Origin: Klebsormidium nitens
Lineage: Eukaryota; Plantae; Klebsormidiophyceae
Assembly: GCA_000708835.1 (NCBI GenBank)
Contig: DF236975.1
Span: forward strand, 186,001 to 250,000
Length of the DNA: 64,000 nt
Direction: 5' to 3'
Positions 12,970 to 24,900 of this stretch are shown here, one piece after another; the first letter of the stretch is position 1; every line of letters starts with the position of its first letter. A program made the position numbers and the translations under genes. A model generated the notes under the pieces. The model was not told the DNA's origin and did not search any database. It saw nothing but the letters and a program-made list of their open reading frames with translations.

Positions 12970-15900
12970 CTACTCCAAAGAAAGGACGGGAGGCGGAAGG
13001 AGGGCTTGTCGGAAGGTCTTCACGCACGTATCGAGAGCAGTGTTGGGCGGCCCACATATGCTCAACACGACCTGCGCGCGCGTTTTCAACGGGTGAGGAC
13101 ATCAAAAGACGAGATTGATACCAGATTCGCCTTTTCCTTTGTAAATATGGTTGCTGAGATATGCATGGTCATCAAATCTTGCTATGCGATTGAGAAAATG
13201 TTAGGCATCTGCAACAGACAGAGGACAATCTCGCAAAAAACTTAGGAATCTCGCGAAGGGCCACCTGTCGTTCCTAGATTCGGAATTGAACGATTCAGCC
13301 TCTGGTCTTACCGGAAGGAAGACGAGGCCGTGTAAGGCCCCCAGAATTACCAGACCGAAGTACATGCGGAAGTAGTAGATCTGCAAAACCGGTCACGAGC
13401 GAGGAATGCGTCAAGAGGAAACGACGTCATGCTGACAAAACAAGGCGGCGCGGCGTGCGATCGTGATCTGAATGAGGTCGCACTTTTAGAATTCAGAATC
13501 CACGAGATGTTGCCAGATTTGCATCAAGTGTCACCCTCCTACGAACCGGTTTTCGGAGATTCCCAACGGACCAGCATGCCTTCGCAGCACGAGTAGATTC
13601 CATCACAATCAACGCGCAACCTAACCATTTTATCAGAGGGGTGCCCGCTTAGCTGGCCGGCGCCTCTCTAGAACATGTTGCGACAAACTTAGCTTGATCG
13701 CATCACTCATCCTGAATGAACGGCCCGGCACAGTGAGTGGGCTCAGAATCTCTGCATCGCTTCTCCTTCGGTCCGATGCAGACAGGTTGGATGAACGGAA
13801 TTCTCACCACAAAGATCTCAGACCTCGCAAAGAGGAGGACGAGCACTCCCGCAAACTTGGTCAGCGTGATGCCGCTGCGCGCAGAGGACGACAAAGAAAG
13901 ACTGTAAATGTTGAATGCAAAGCAGTGGTCAAAAGGCCTCAGCTTTTCAAACACGCCAGCAGAGGAATCTGTCCGTATGATACCAGCAGGGAGTCTTGAA
14001 ATCCAGAAAACACAAGCGAGAGAGCGCGGAGAGATACAGGGCGCAGATGCAGTGCCGTTCGGTCGGCAAAAGAGGTGATTCTCCTGAATGTTAAGGGTTA
14101 GACTCGCAGAATTGCGAACGAGAATGGCCCCTGCCTGACGTTGTTTTGCATTGTCAAGCCAGTCTTTCGAGGCACGCGGATCATTTGCTTCGCTCAGCAC
14201 TACCAGTGCTGGGCGACTCGGCATGGTCTTTTGGGACTGGGCGACGGATCGGGGCCAGAACAACGATCCGCCTTTCTCATAGACAGATTGTCTTTATCGA
14301 ACGTCAGAGGTTTCGAAATAGAACTGCACTTTACCTGAAGACCGAAGACCCCATCGTCATAAGCGCGTGCGTCGCCCTTTCTTGCCGCGTGCCGTATGCG
14401 CCCTATACCAACAAGGAACGGGACACTTATTAGGGTTTTCCGCTTGTTAAGGTTCCAGGGTCAAAGGGGTTTAGGGTCAGATTGAGCAAGCCCAATGTAA
14501 AGTAGCTCCTTCGCTCATAACATGGTGAGCAAAATGCTTGACCAGAAGCATCCTTTCGACTCCAACTCTTGTCACGATATTGGCCGAGCAATCGACCAGG
14601 GAATACCAGTCTGCTCAACCAGCATGAAGAAGCCATTGCAGATTGCTCTGACACGTGTGACCTTGTTTCGTGCTCATATATTTGAGCGAGGGCGCAACGC
14701 TGCAAATTTTTGGAAGCGAGACCGCGCTTAGCTACAGGGCACTCTCAGGCTTAAGACTGGTGCCCTTTAATGCGTGGCAGATCTTATCCGAATCTACTCG
14801 ATCCGCAATCTTGCGAATCGCACAGGTTTTCAAATGACGCATGTACTCGCCGTGACAAGTCAATGAATTGGCACATTGCTTCAAAATACGTACAACCTCT
14901 GAAAGAGAGCACGCGGGCAGGTAACGTGTAAGACGCTTGTTGTGGTCTTGCGACGCTCGACGCGAGAGTCAGCGGTGCACTTACTGCGAATGCGTGCGTG
15001 ATATGTACACAGAACTCGACGCCGATCCCGATGGACATGACCAGGTTTACCACGGAGATGGCGTTCAGCTGGATGCCCCACAGATACATCAGCCCCTGCG
15101 CCAGGGAAAGAATTGCATCAAGCCTCGCTTCATGGTTAAAAAAAAAAGCGCTTTCAAAGGCATTCGGTATCAGCCCAGCCCTAAAAAAAGATTGTCGGGT
15201 CTTTGAAGCTGATGAACTCTTTTTTCAGGACTGGAGAGGGCAGAACAGGGTTCCGTTCGGTCTCACACGTGTTGAAATATCAACCGCCCACGTAAATGTT
15301 CCAAATCTGCGTACCCTTGACAGACAAGAGGAGATAAGAAAGATCTTGAGAATCAAAGCATTCGAGAAGATTCAAGTCGGGAGAGGCAAGCCATTCCGAC
15401 AGTACCTTGTCGTCGAGATAGACTCCTTGAACCACGTGCAACAGATTTCCAGGTGAAGCAACAGGATCTTTCCCAGACCCCAATCATGTTGGACTACGGC
15501 ACAAAAGCGAGGCAAAAAAGTGAGATGCTAGGAGGACAGCTTGACTGTCAAACTCACCATTAAGTCGACGACGATTGCGGCAAGAACGCCGATGATGACC
15601 GTTGACGTCCAAAGGCTGAGGGTGATGAGCCAGCACACCAGAAACACGGCAGCTGCACAAGCAGAAGAAAATGAAGTTCTCCTTTTGTACACAGTCAGGC
15701 TAACCACTGGTCGTTGTGTCCTGACTCTGATCCTTAAACGACTTCAACGGGCCTCTGGGCTGAAGGAGGGCCTGACTGGACGGAGCGAACCGAGGCTCAA
15801 ATAGTAGCGACCCAGCAGAAAAAGCGCGCCCTTTTGAGGAAAACGAAAGACGCTGTGTTCCCGGGCCAAGCAATGAGAAGGCTCCACGTGGGCTACTAAC

Positions 15901-18900
15901 ACAGCGAAGCAATCAGTGGCTTTCACAGCTCGCAACTTGACCAGACGTTCCTGAGCAGGCTTTCCAGTTTATCACGACGGCAAGCCTAGCAAGCAAAACC
16001 AGGATTCTCTCTCAACTGTCTGCTCAGGTCCCAATCCAATGCTACGATTTCTGACGGGTTTGTCCGCATGTGTTCGCACCTGTGGCAAGTGCGAGGCTGG
16101 TCACGGCGGTCCGCATGATGTCCAGGTACTGCTCGAAGAAGATGTAGAAGACGGAGTACGCGAAGACCTTGACCTGTGAGCGGTACAACGATCGGGTTTA
16201 GGGTTGAGGATTTTAGGGTTAGGGTCAGGGTTTTACATTTCAGTGACCAGACTAGAAAGAACGAACGAGTTGCGCCATGGAGGGGCGGCAAGCAAATATG
16301 ACAAGGGACGTAGGGTTCAAACAATGTTCGAAAAAAGAGAGAAAGCGACACCAACGTGCTGGCTGCGAGCGGAAAGGCTGAATGAGAGCATCAGAGACAG
16401 CAGCCATATAGATACAGTCTGCTGTTCAGACTCGAGACGGCATTCTTGGGCTTGTAGTCGGGCGTATCTCTTTGTACAAACTAATCGCAATAATGTAACG
16501 GCTTCAGAGACCACGCTTCTCGCCTCTCCCTCTGGCGCGCTTCTCTCGCATATAGCTCACCGTTATGCCAATGCACCAACGCCGTTGATAAGCATTGGAC
16601 AACCCTACCCTCCGCTCAAGCTCACCATCCTACACGAGTCCCCTCTTCTATCCCAATGTCCGTGCAGAAGCGTTTGTGATCAGCACCATCTTCTCCTAAC
16701 AAAGCAGAAGTGATTGGTTACATGCAAAAACGCTGCGACTTGAAAACCATTTGATACGAGAAAGGGAAAGAGGGAATCTTGTTGCCACCTTGAGCTTTTC
16801 CGACGCCCTGTCCACAAACTCGCGCGCCGCCCGCAGCGCCTCGACGAAGTCTGTCTGCGTCCGCATCGGCGTGTGGTACGTGCGGAACTCGGACGCCCGG
16901 ATGACGTCATCTTCGAGCCCCGTGACGTCAAGGCTGTGGCTGTAGGCCCCGTGGCCGCCTTTGGCGCAGTCGGCGGAGGGCACAGCCGCAAGGAACCAGG
17001 GGAGCTTCTCGCGGAAAGCGGCGTCGGTGGGGCGGCCGTCGGTGAGATCCGCCGGAATGAAGCACTGCGGACAGAAGTGGATGCTTTTGTATTTCAGGCT
17101 TCAGAATCTTAGGGACTAGCTTCGAGGTTTCGATGATTTCAGGTTCCGCAAGATAAGCCGCGTCGCTGGGGCGGCCGTCGGTTAGGTACGCTAGGTTTGA
17201 TGAGAACAGCATTTCAGCATGTCAGAATAGGATTTCACCGAGTCCTGCGTGCGATCGAAAGCCATTGTATCAACATCAAATAGGAGTTCACTGGTTCCAA
17301 GAACCTCCAACGCACTTTCAGGGCTCTGAAACCCCACAACGCAATCTCAGAGTTGTGAAATCCAAAATTCCTGAATCCTGACTCTGGATTGCCGAGTTCT
17401 GAAAATCCGCAACTTACCGTAGTGCAGTTTGCGCACACAGTGTACTGCGTGCAGTCGAACGCTCCTTCCGGACAGCACGGCGGCTGGTCGTCCGGCGGGC
17501 AGTAGTCCCCGTCCGAAAACTGGCGGCAGCAGCCGAACGCGTTCGGGGAGAGCCACGTCAGAAAGTCGTCCAGCCACGACGCTGCGGGCCGCGCAATGAA
17601 TGTGGCGGTTGGATCGAGGGACGCGCGGGTCACCTGGGATAGCAGAAGCGGGGTGATATGAGTGCGAAAACCCTTAAATGCAAAACCTTAAAACCCTAAA
17701 GACCTATGAAGAACGGCACTTCAAGGTGGAGACCAAGATTGAAGTGTATTATTGCAAAAGTAGGTCCCAGACATGTGCTGGGGGGTGAGGAAAAGTCAAA
17801 GAAGCCGCTTTTGAGACGACTTGGTTTTCAATTCAGGACCACTTGAACCCTTTGACCCAGTTTTGGGAAAAAGCTGGAGAGCAGCTACGCTATCATTCAA
17901 AAGGACGAAGACAACCTACCCTGTCGTCTGTTCCCGAAGTCTGCGTTTCTGCGCAAGTAAATGGAAAAAGCAGACCATAGAAAACGAAACCAAACGAAGT
18001 ATGGGGCCCTCAGAGATCGGGTAATTAAGAGCGCTCACTTCGTTGAGCAGCGAGTCAGCATCACAGCCGCTGACGGAACAAAGCCGGTTGGTCTGGTTGC
18101 TGGCAGTGCTGAAGTTGTAGTCCTCGACAATTAGGAACATGGGCGGGCCAACACGCAGATACTCCGTGATGTTGCTGAAGTAGCCCTGGAGAAACAGGGT
18201 TCAAGATATTCAGTGTCAGCAGTTACGAGCAATCAATCGTGGAACGTAGAATTTCCAAACGTCAGCTTCTGGGGTTTGGGTCCCGGCCAGCGAGTGCAAG
18301 CGCACCGACATAAATGCAGCGCATAATGTCGCCGAAAGATTTAATCAAGCGTTTCGTTCTTTGGAAAGAAGGCGAAGTGGGACGGATTCTGCTTTACAAA
18401 CATCCTTTGTAAACGAAGACTCCGCGAATTTGCTGCGACTTGCGCTTGAGCTTGTCACAGAAACAGGTTCGCTTTCGTTTCTATCGGTGTCTCTTCGCTC
18501 TCACTTGTGCCGGCTTCGCTATGGTTGTCTCGCTCCAAGAACCAAAACTTTCCCTTGAGGTTCCAAGAACCCGGAGATTGATCGTATCGCTCTTACCTGC
18601 AGATATGAATCTCTCGGCAGCGCCACTTGCTGCTCGAGCCCCGGGGAAATGCGCGAGGCCAGGCCGATAGAGGTGAACAGCAGCGCACCGAAAAATACTA
18701 GAACGGCGGCCTTGACGGCGGGAAGGCTCAGCACAGGGGCGTGGAAGTCCTGCAAGAATTATAAGATGGTGTGTCAGCATCCGTTGATAGTGACGTAGGG
18801 AACGTTGGTGAGTCGAGGAGGTTGTGTGGACCAGCTTGGATATTCTTTTGTGTGTGTTTGCGAGTTGGTCCAGCACTAGATGGCATCGAACAAATACGAG

Positions 18901-21900
18901 CCTCCTAGACAGATGCGCTTTGGTGTTCTGGGAAAGGGAAACCCTTTGTAGCGCTCTTTTCAGATGCCAGCGCAGCGACTGTCCAGAACCTCATCACATG
19001 TTTCAAACCAGATTCCTCTATTTACTTGATAAGAAGGACTGCTGGCAGCGAAGCAGATGCCTGCCGCGTAAGTGTCATCCTTGTAAGTCTTACTTAAACG
19101 ATCCGCTATCAGACTTCAGGATGTTCACTCTGACCGCTCCTTCTTACTGACTTGGCATCTTAGCTTGTTTTGAAAGGGAAGCTCCTTACCTCCATGTATC
19201 GCTCCAGCAGGCTCCGCGGCCGCGCCTCTTCCACCGTGGCCACTTCCCTGCCCGCCATGCGTAAGCAGGGCAGGCAGTCGACGCGGCCGCTCTCGGCTCG
19301 CCGGAAGTCGAGCGTAACCAGGGCGACAAAGGCCGTCACCTGGAGCAAAAAGTCCAGAAACACCGCCAGCGCTGCAGCGAAGGAAAGGCGGTAAAGAGTT
19401 GCTTGAGATATGTAGAAATGGCTTGTGCTTGTTTGCAGAAGAACCACGGCGAGGTCGTGCTGGTGTCGGCGAAGAAAGCGCTCGACGAGGGGTCTGTTAA
19501 AAGAGTTGAAGTGGCGAAAAGGATTGTGCTGTGGTCGACAGCATTACGAGGACTAGAAAGGGTTAGTAGGGCTTGCACAAGCGAGTGCAGGAGAGCACCC
19601 GGAAGCATTGGGCGAAAAGCTTGAGAGATTCGCAAACATGCATAACTTTGATTGTTTGGGATCCGAAGCTGACGTACGAAAGCTTGCCGTGGGTCCGCCC
19701 AAGAAAGATCGTGCGTCAAACGTCCAACTCTGGCCCAACCTCTCAACAACCACACCATCCACAGAGACTCTTGAATCCCTCTGATTCTGGGCGCCTGCTT
19801 GTTGACCAGTTGCTGCCGTTGACAAAGAACCCAAGCTACGAGTAATCAAGTAAAGCTCACCCGCAAAGAGCGAGAAGACCTGGCAGGCCGGCATGGGCGT
19901 CAGCGTCCCGACTCCGAACGCCATGACCTCCGCCAGACTGGCCAAAGTAATGGAAGGCCCCGCCTCGGCAAGCGCACCCCCGGCGCGCTTCTCTAGGGGA
20001 AGATCCAAAGGCTGGCGCTTCAGGGCGTGCACCAGAATGCACATGTTATCTACTCCGACCTGCAAATGGGATATGATTTGTGAGCTATCTTCACCGACAT
20101 AAGAATCGCTGAGATTTGGTCAAAGTGGACCAGGTAACGTGAGCAGGTGCTCTGACGGCCTCGGATCGGAGACTGACTGCCCGTGAGTATGGGCAGAAGG
20201 GCGCTGTGCTTGTTTGCAAACTTCTCATTTTGAAAGGCGGAGCTTGCGAAGCTTCGTGGCAAGGTACAGGGCGGCCTATCTCTTGTGGTGCAAAGGAGAT
20301 GATTCTTGGCAACTTGCTCGAACCAGAAAAAGGACAAACTCACTTCGCAGTGGGTGTCTGGTGAGACACGGTAGATGTGATATAGGTGGACAAGGTCTAC
20401 GATTGAAAGACGGAAGCAAATGGCCGTCAAGCTGGCCAGAGAGAGGCCGATCTCACTTTGTAAAATGGCAGATCCTGGTGGCTTTCAGTGGACCACGACG
20501 CAGTTTTTCGCAAGCACTTGCGGATGTCCCCATCACTGCCACTAAGATCAGCTAGTGTCGATTGCTACTTGCAGAATTCAGTGATCAAAGATTACATCCG
20601 CACACCCCTTAGCACAATGCGTTCAAGTTTAACAGACTCACAGCTTCATTGCTCGACACCAGATACTTTGACAAGAACCGGTACGATAGCTTGAGAAACA
20701 CGTCACAAAAGCTGCTCTCCATGACCTCGTCGGCAGGCAAGAACTGGACAAAAAAGTGCTTGTTACAAACATGATTATGTCAATAATGATGACACCTTTC
20801 TCGCCTGACGACGAGAGAAGCAATCGTCAGATGCAGCACTTGTCGCGAAACGGCTGTGCGATAATCTCTTTACCTAAAAGGAGCGGCATCAGAAAGAAAG
20901 ACCAAGATGGGGAAATGCCCATGCGAACCTTGTCCTAGCCACCCACCCGCAAAACGTCCAAATGAAAGAGCAAGCTTGGCATGTTGCGCGAGAAACAGGT
21001 TGTTCCTGACGAACTAGGGGAATAATCCCCGGCATCCCTGGAACAGTGGTCCAATTCAGGGAAACAAGTTTTGAAAGTGTTGGTGAGCTGGTAGCTTTCG
21101 GTTCAGCATTTGAACGAGGTCGAAGCGGTTGAAAGACGCATGGCGCGTTGGACAGCCACAATAGTTACGAAACAGCCGATGCTAGGGCCGTCAAATCAGC
21201 TCAGCCTTACCCAGCTTGGGTGTAAAGATGAACGTGCAGTGATGAACTCTGAAACCGCAAGCAAAGATCTGTTCTGCTTTGTCCGGTCGTCTTATAGATG
21301 GCTTCGCTGCATTTCAAACCTAGTATTTTGGACGCATTCGAGTACGACCAGAGTCCGGCCAAGCAAACCATGCAAGAGAGCTTCTGGCAACACCCACCGA
21401 GAAGAGGATTTTGCGTTCATGATTCTGTTTCTTAAAAGGCTAAGGTCTCGACAGAGCAGAGCTCTTCCCTGCGTCACGTGTAGAACGAGATGTCCATTTG
21501 AGGACACAATCTGCATCAAGGGTTCTGCTGCTTGGCTGTTTCGGCAGCGAGCACAAACTCAGGATGAATTGCAGGACATGATGTACCTTGAGAGCAGGTT
21601 CACCAGCTACAGCCGGATTGTGCCAGGATAGCACCCCAGGCATACGTCACCGAAGATATGACGAGCACATGACAATCGGAGTCCAAAAGCAGCATTCTGA
21701 GCTATTGAGATTGTGGGTAGCGAACCCTCTGGATGACTCATCCTTGCCGCAACACTCGAAGCAAACAGATAATAAATAGGTGTGCCGGCGGCAAGCACAA
21801 CCCTTCGAACGACAAGCACACATACAGATAAGAGGTGAGAGTGAGTCCGTAGCTTAGTGGAGTGGCCTGAGCAATGGTTTGCATCCTCAAGCCATGTTGA

Positions 21901-24900
21901 GCCCGGCACAGAGGAATTTAACGTAGTCGTCTAGATTGTCAAGCGCACGTTTGCGACTTTGACTTGACGGAGTTCTCAAGAAAAAAGGGACACCCAGAGT
22001 CAAACGGAGGTGGTGTCCTGTGGTACAACGCTCAACTCAGGAACACAGGTCCTTGGCCACTTCACAAAAAAACGTGCGACGCAGTTGACAATAGAATGAG
22101 GACTGCAAAGCAAATCGGAAAGGAAATTTGCAGCTCATACGCCCTTCAACGAGTGACCATCTGACGGAAGTTGGCAACGTTACATCCAGTGATTGGTTGA
22201 CAATCTGCCTATGAAACCCACGCCAGCTCCCTGGACCTGAGACTGCACGAAAAGTCAGAATCTGGTCTGGTGGCTAGTAATACACTTTGGCATCAGTCTC
22301 CATCGCGGCATACCTCTGGGCCGGCCCAGTGCAGGCGTCGTCTTGGCCATTCTTCCTGTGAGCGCCGGTTATTCGCTTCCGATGAGATACGATATCGAGA
22401 AATCGACTGCGCAACTAATGACAATGAAAGCACTTCAACCGTTTCAATCTTATTCTTGTTGAAATGGCGCAAGCTGCCCAAAGACAGCCTCGACAAAGGA
22501 GAAGGCTTCGAGAAGTGACGCTGGTACGATCAGAGAGACTCCAATGGGCTCGGCTTCCTGTAGGAGAAGCCCCCCGCAAAGGTTTGCAGAAGCGTTGACC
22601 GACATATTCGCTAGCAAGCTGTCAATAGCCCGCCCTTTGTGGGTAACCCATAGCCCCGTTATTGAGACGGTATTCCTCGAAGGGCGCAAGAAGCGAATTT
22701 CACAATGCAGCTTCAACAAGTACCTGCTATATATGGGCTCGAAGAGCCCAACGTAAACTTTCCTTGCCGCAACTTGCAATTGACAAGCTTTAACTAAGCC
22801 CGACCGGACCTTCTTCTGAGGATATGATGGGCGAGTACAGAGTGTCGTTGCAGGATACGACGATGCAGCTCGTCGCGGCATCTTTGCAAGCACACTCTCA
22901 CGTTCTGATTGCCAATCATAGGCTGCCAACGTGCACACCGGAAAACATCCATACGGTCACCCGGCTAAGAAGGATGTGAAGCATGTCAAGTACGAAAGGG
23001 GACCAAAGAAGAATGTGGCCTCGTATTGCACACAGCAGCAGGATTGGAACCACTTGGAGGACCCACCTTGCCTATAACTTCACTGCCTTCTAAGAGTATT
23101 TGCTGAATGAGGAGAGACCACGTCTGTGGATAACACGTGGCAAAAACAGCATCGTTTGCGGTCTGCCCAAGGCCGTCACAAAGGCATCTGAAAGTAACTG
23201 AAGAAATACTTGAAGGAAAACACCGGCAAAGGACCAGAGAAACAAGCCTCATGAGCATGAAAGGTTGTAGTAGGTAGGCCTTCAGGATTTTGGGGCTAGC
23301 ACACGAATGCTAGCGCCACAGCCCTGCAGATCATTGCCCACTCTTGAAAACACCCGCCACTGAAAGCAACAGTAGAGGTAGCTGGCCTCGCCTCAAAGAG
23401 ACGGGAACCACAAGCAGACTTGCATCAGCTTTTCGTATGGCAGCCAACGTGCACAGATGCAAGGACAGTAAGGAAAGTTTAAGTACTCTTGAAGGACGTG
23501 CCTGAGCCCCAGAAAAATATAAAGCTAGCAGCCTCATCTCTGCAATTGTTTCCAACCTTTCCGACCAAGACAAGCGCAGACGAAAATCTGGAGGCTGATG
23601 AGATAACGTCGGAGATAGCAATGGCGACACCCGCCTTTGAAGGGCCCAGACTGTGGTTGTTTATGCAACAGTCTGACAGCAACCTTGACGAACTCAAAGA
23701 AGCGCTCAACATGAGAACGTGCATACGACTTGACGGTGCTGCCGAAGGTGCTCGATACAATTGTGTTGCTCAAGCAAGCAGAAGAGCAACGGCAAAGCTG
23801 GTTTGAGCATGAGAATCAGTTTCAGTCTTGTTGGGCTCACACGCTTGAGCGAATTGCGAAGAGGCCTACTATCAAAGACTTGGGCGCCGCATTTTACAAA
23901 GGTTTGAAGCCAACTCCAATACCTTTATAAGCGCCACACAATTCACAATTCCTTTCATCCAAAGGAACATTGTTCCAAGCGCAGAGGCTTGGCTTTCTTC
24001 CTGACTTACGCAAATGAAGCAGGCAGTGTATACGAGAAAGAAATCAAGAAACTAACTTCGAAACGAACGAGAACAGAACAGACAGGAAACAAGCAAACAA
24101 GCAGAGTGAATGGGTCAAGGTGAGCCTTTTCTCGGCTGGACGCAAGAAGCTACATCAACTTGCAGCGTCACTAACCAGCACTAGTGAGCAAAGAAAGTCA
24201 GAGCGCAGTCCATCCTGGCCTTGGAATTGAGTAGCTCGTTTCCAAATAGAAGCCCTTCAAGTGTTGGCAGTGAAAAAGGGCTTCCAAAATCGCTTACCAT
24301 GCAGCTCCACCGTCTATGTTATACAAGCAAAGCGCGATCCATGGCTTCGAAGTTGCAATCCTGCAAAATTATCCGATGGTACGAAGACGAAACCAAGGGA
24401 ACGCTGTTCACAAAAGAAGGCTCCGTGCCTCGTCAAGCGGTCCTTCTAAGCTTGAGCAATAATTTCAATCACCTCCCTATGTCATCACCGCTAAACAAAC
24501 AGTGTCCAGTGCAGCTGCATAATGGAGGCATGAAGACAAGGATGGATATTTCATGATGAAACCACGTTGTGGGGGGCCTGTCCTGATACACTGTTTCGTG
24601 AGCTTGACAATCGCTCACAGTACAGCTCGTCATTGCTGCGCAGTGTCTCGTAACGAACAACCAATCATGAAGAACGATACAAGATGTGTAACTGGCTTGT
24701 GCAGACGACCAAAAAAACGAAACGAAAGCCACGGAAACCTGGGTACAACTCAAGTTGAAAACAGATACCTATTGGAGAAGAATCAAGCAGGTAAAGCCGG
24801 TAGGTGTCATCCCGTCGCTCACAAGGCGTCAACGTGCGCACTCGGACCCGCTTGTCGCTTGATGGGGGAATCAAAAGACTTGCATCCAACTTTGCCTTCA

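Noticed and set aside
23489-23806. WLFMQ...[18 protein letters not shown], resembling an SNF2 helicase C-terminal motif
   Set aside because: No other helicase motifs are nearby, and it lies within the decayed intronic element, where a similar peptide recurs.
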